From assembly GCF_009914755.1 (NCBI RefSeq), contig NC_060944.1: DNA of 64,000 nt, one strand, 5' to 3'. The notes beneath the pieces were generated by a model. It was given only the letters and a program-made list of their open reading frames with translations. It ran no database searches and was not told the DNA's origin. Below are positions 59,270-64,000 of the stretch, piece after piece. How positions within the stretch are numbered: position 1 is the stretch's first letter; each line of letters begins with the position of its first letter. The position numbers and the translations under genes were made by a program. Source of the DNA: the human T2T-CHM13v2.0 reference genome, Homo sapiens.

Positions 59270-59645
59270 CCACGAGCAGGGATGGACAAGCCTGGGTCAA
59301 AGATGGCTCAAGGATGGACACCTGACCCAGGCCAAGTTCATCAGAGTCAATACCACTCAGTCCCAGAATTCCTTTTGGAAGTCTTTTGAGAGGCAACTCT
59401 CTCTGCTGGGGTTATTAGGAGCTTTGGACATACCTGGAGCTCCAGACCACCATCTTTCTGGGAAAGTGCCTGCCTGAAAAGGAGACAACACAGAGAAAGG
59501 CACTATTTGAACACCTGGACACAGCCTTGCCTGAATGAAGCCATCTACTCTGCACATTTCAGTTACATGAGCTAATGTTTATTTTTCTGTTGGGCTGGTT
59601 TGATTAGGTTTTCTGTCACTTGCAACCTAGAGTCTCACTCATACC
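59270..59645 (+). mobile_element. Old MLT1 (J/K/L-like) LTR fragment
   Basis: TTTCAGTTACATGAGCTAAT...GGTTTTCTGTCACTTGCAAC. Confidence 0.55.
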
Positions 59646-60073
59646 CAAAGGCAAAACACACATAGTTGCTTTTGAAGTTGCTCCAGTAGCCACACCTCCC
59701 AGATTTGCCCTTGGTGTTCTGCAGATGGCTGTGAGCTGGCCCTCCTGCCCAACAAGTCAGGCTCCTTTGGGGGGCCTGGGGCAAATCATCACAGCTGCCC
59801 AAATTCACTCCCCAACACCTGCTACTCTTTCTTCTTCCTCTCCTCCTCCTCTCCCCTTACATTCTTCCCCCTCTTCTTCTCTGTAGAGCCTGTCTTCTCT
59901 CTTGAGGGAGACTTGCAGACAAGTTGAATCTGAGTGTACAATCTAGAGCCAGACATCCAGGATACCATAAACATCAGACATCAAGTATTCCAGCTGCGTG
60001 ACCTAAGCAGATTTCTTAACCTCTCTGAGACTCAGACTTTTTTCCATAAATGGGGATAACAATTCCTACTCAT

Positions 60074-60370
<297 letters not shown>

Positions 60371-60459
60371 ATTCCTATTCATGAAGAGTTTAAGTCATGC
60401 ACGTGTGCCTGGCCCATAGGGAGGACTCATTAACATTGACTACTATTGCAAATCTTTAC

Positions 60460-61225
60460 CTTCTCTCCCCAGTACACAGCCTAAGTCTACCACTGATGCT
60501 CATAGCTACGGGTGACCTTGAGCACTAAAGAGGCTACCAGACCTTGGCCTGCTCCTTGGAAGTCGCCGTGAGGTTATTTGCAGACTCTGTTAGTCGATGA
60601 CTTAATTCTTCAAACAGGGCCCACCCCAATGAAATGCCTGCCTGCTCAGCCTGTTTTAAAGAATATTTACCACCATTGGCAAGGTTCAAAGCAAGGACCA
60701 GTTAATGACTATCCCTAATGGGCCTTCAATCTAAGGCAAGTTTCATCTTGCTATGCAAGGAATGGAGCTTCCCTTAGGTGAGGTTGCAGCAAACAGCCTC
60801 GCCTTGCAAGGAGCAGTTTGGCTTAAGGAATAGGAAGCTCATGGGAGCCACACTGTCTGTGTCCTGGGTCCCCAGGCTCAGCACTCTTACAGCAGAAATA
60901 TGCAGTCAATGTATGGACATTTGCTACAGGGCACTAATAAGTCCCATCATGAATTTAGCCTGTTAATTAATTGGAATCACATGCCCACCCTCAACCATCA
61001 CTGGGAATGCTACCGGTTTGTGATATATATTATTGAAGATTTTTCTATTCACACAACACTCTTCAAAAATCCTGCTATTTGTGTAAAATGTTGAACACCA
61101 CATGACACTGAGGTCTCATCCCAGCCCACGTCCTTGCATAACTGAAGATTCCCTTGAAATGGCAGGCGAGTTGGTTCAAGATGTTTGGAAGTCACTGGGG
61201 TATATAGGGCCTGGAGCTGGTCCTT
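60460..61225 (-). pseudogene. Candidate pseudo-exon
   Basis: Acceptor CCCTTTTCTTACAG|AA; donor AAG|GTAAAG; ...KYSLKQAEQAGISLGWALFEELSHRLTESANNLTATSKEQAK in the phase-1 frame; 8 stops in ~229 codons. Confidence 0.45.
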
Positions 61226-62425
61226 CTGTAAGAAAAGGGATCTGAGTGGTGGAATTGAAGCACCTTGTCTGCATTTGACGTTTTTGTGAAGTGCACTGCA
61301 TAGCATCATTATCTGTGCAATTGTCTCCTCTTCCAGGCTGAACTGTAAGCTTCTGGAGGGCAGGATGGGTCTCCTCTGAGGCCCCGTATGCTTACCAGCT
61401 GAGTACTTTGGCGAGCTTCTTTCATTTCCTCATCTGCTAATTGGCATCCTAATGGTTCCTGCTTCATCAGCTGCCGAAGCGTTTAGTGACTGCTGCCTTC
61501 ATCCAGGCTGTGTCCTGCAGGGTGTCTGAGTGCTTGACATGCGTGACCTCATTTAATCTGGGCAATACCCCAATGAGATGGGTACTCCTATTATCCCCAT
61601 TTAGAAATGTGGAAACTGACACAGAGGGAACCTAAACAACTTGCCCAAGGTCACAGATCTACCAAGTGCTGCGGCCAGAAATGAACCCAGGCAGTTGGTC
61701 ACTGGAGCCCAGCTTTCTGACCCACATCCCACTGCTCCCTGGTTCAATGTAGAACAGATGTGGAGATGTCCCATGGCCTCTGCACCCAGCCGTCCATCAA
61801 TGGTAGCCATCTGGCCATTATTTATGTCCTCTACAGTACTCAACACATATCATAGGTTGTCCAATAATTTAATATTTAGTGAATGGCTTAGTGCCACTAT
61901 TCACCAAATCTTGATTGAGTTCCTACAAGGCACCAGACAACTCACTATTCTAGACACAGGGAAGGAAGCAGCAAAAGACTTGCAAAGCCTCTGTCCCCCT
62001 GAAGCTGCCACTGCCGGCAGCACCCGGAGAGTCAGATGTAACATCAGACATCATCACATCATGTCAGAAGGTGATAGGAAGAAACATAAAGCAGCCCAAA
62101 GGGAAAGACATGGACAGGAGTTGAAAGGGGAAGAATTTACGGTTTGTTTGAAATGTGTTATGTTTTAAAGTGGGAGGAGGAGTGAGAAAAGCCCCAAAGG
62201 GAATGTATTTGCGAGTTTGTCATACTTTGGTAAAATTAAATACCACCACACAGCAGTGAAAATTATACTAGGGTTTTGAAATGGCAACCGAAAGAGATGG
62301 CTGATGAGGTTGCACTGGGGGTTGGAGTGCTTATACCACATCTACTCGCCCCAGCTGTTGGAGCCTAGGGCTCAACGTGAGGACCAAGGCCAGGACCCTG
62401 CAGGGACTCCCCACATCCCCCTCAC

Positions 62426-63252
62426 CAGCAGCTTAGCTGACTCAGCAAGGGGCCTCTTGGATGTGTCTTTTGCCTATTTTTGGGTGAGTGGTAAAAAGAT
62501 CAGCACAGCCTAGTATGTGAAGTCGTTCATCTGTGACCAGCACATAAGAACCCATAACCCCAAGATGGAATCTCAGCAGGGTCACAGTGGGGATGCTGTA
62601 CCCCTGGGAACGGCAGCCAGACAGCCGGACACAGTGAGAAGCTGACCCATACGGCAGTTCACAAGCATGTGATGATAGGGACAGCTTCCCTCGTTGCATG
62701 TATTATGCAAAAGAGGGTGGGAGTTTCAGTGTTGCAGATAAATGGATAAGAAGAAAAGGGAAACAGGTCTCTGTGCAATTATCTCCAACACTGAGTCACA
62801 AGCCTCACAAGTCCCTTGCTTGCTGGAGGCTGTGACCTGTGGGCTGATGGCCCTGGTTGGTGACCTCAGATGCTGCCTCTCGGCTTCTCTGTCTTCTTCG
62901 AAGATTCCCAAGATTTCAGTGGCGACTTCATTAGCGTCCAGCTCCAGTGCTCCAGGGGGATTCAGCTGTGCAGTGTCCAGCTTGAAGTTGGCTAAGGAAA
63001 TCTGCATGGAGAGCCAGAGCTGGGATTTAAAAGCAACAGAAACAGCAGTTTCTGACTCAGGGCTTCCCCTTGGGCTGTGGATAATGTTAAGATGGTCGAG
63101 GATCTCACCAGGGGTTCCCTCCCCCAGTTCAGGTACCTCACCCTCCCCTTCACAAACTGATGGGTTGAAAAGACTCTCCAAGAGGGTAGGGGCTATCCCC
63201 ACCATTTGCTGTTCCAGTGATCAAGGTCCTTTTGAGCTGGCACCAAGACTGC
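62426..63252 (-). pseudogene. Candidate pseudo-exon (largest)
   Basis: Acceptor TTTCTGTCAGTTTCCTCTTATGACTTCTGCAG|GC; one TGA (63221-63223) then a 159-aa ORF in the same frame; donor CTG|GTGAGG. Confidence 0.55.
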
Positions 63253-64000
63253 CTGCAGAAGTCATAAGAGGAAACTGACAGAAACATAGCAAGAAAGTCC
63301 AGAGTGTTCAGAAATCATCAAAACACCCCCAAGGAAGTTGGATTTCATGTGCAACTAACAGGCCCCCTCTTCGTACGCCCTGCCCTGAAGACGGAAGTGT
63401 CAGCTGCCATAGCTGAGTCCCTAAGAACGCGTCATGTTTGTCCTTTTGCCTCTAAAAGCTGAGCATGTGGCTCACTTGGCTGTCCCCAAAAGAAATCCTT
63501 CTTGACAAGAACATTCTAATTCTATTAGTGAGGGGTTTGAGCCAGGGGTTCTTGGCTCTTCCTTGTCTCACTGGGGGAGTGCACCAGGACCAGCCATGAC
63601 ACAGTGAGGCAGAGGGCTGAGGCCAGCGCTGGGCTCTCTAGGAGCTGGTGGGGCTCCACGCAGCAGGATTTGTTGATGACATGAAAATGCTCCCCACCAC
63701 CCCACAAAGGAAGCATCAGGGCTCGTGTCCTAGGAGAAACCCTCTGAATAAGACGAATAAGCTCTGCAGTGTCTAAGCCTGGCCTGGATTTAAGTCCTGG
63801 CTCCACCACATTCTTGCTGCAGACCCTTGGGCAAGTTCCTTAACCTCTCTGAGCCTCAGTTTCCTGGTGTTTAAAATGGAGATAATAATAGTACCGACCT
63901 CATATGACCTTTATGAGGACTCGTGGGATAATGCCCATTGAACTCCAGCCAGAGCCTTTCCTGTTGTAAGTGCCTCTAACCGACCATTAGCCTTACTCAG

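Noticed and set aside
59696-59880. Glu/Lys-rich exon-like unit (KKRGKNVRGEEEERKKKE...)
   Set aside because: Acceptor lacks a pyrimidine tract and purine-rich low-complexity DNA translates this way by chance; tentative only.
62742-63278. 178-aa plus-strand ORF as a gene
   Set aside because: The splice signals and the more protein-like reading are on the minus strand; treated as an antisense shadow.

Overview
Human (primate) genomic DNA, rich in Alu, L1, L2, MIR, MaLR and hAT repeats. It contains the 5' end of BMP7 on the minus strand: coding exon 1 at 19446-19863 ([14 protein letters not shown]...MVMSFVNL, 418 nt, GTGAGT donor), a CpG-island promoter at about 18.9-20.9 kb, and about 19.4 kb of intron 1. 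The remaining ~43 kb is upstream sequence towards SPO11 (from memory of chr20q13; SPO11 itself is not in the window). The most interesting signal is at 54.1-63.7 kb: about ten mostly repeat-free minus-strand segments, bounded by splice-site-like motifs and separated by repeat-filled gaps. Each gives a protein-like translation in phase 1, most interrupted by stops or frameshifts. I read this as the 3' part of a decayed multi-exon gene (candidate unitary pseudogene), possibly head-to-head with SPO11. This is an inference from manual reading and needs comparative alignment. Other observations: a 25-bp perfect hairpin with nested repeats in intron 1, a single uORF in the BMP7 5'UTR, a candidate terminal exon of a divergent lncRNA, two MER53 hairpins, and several enhancer-like motif clusters. 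Repeat boundaries and subfamilies were called by eye and are approximate.
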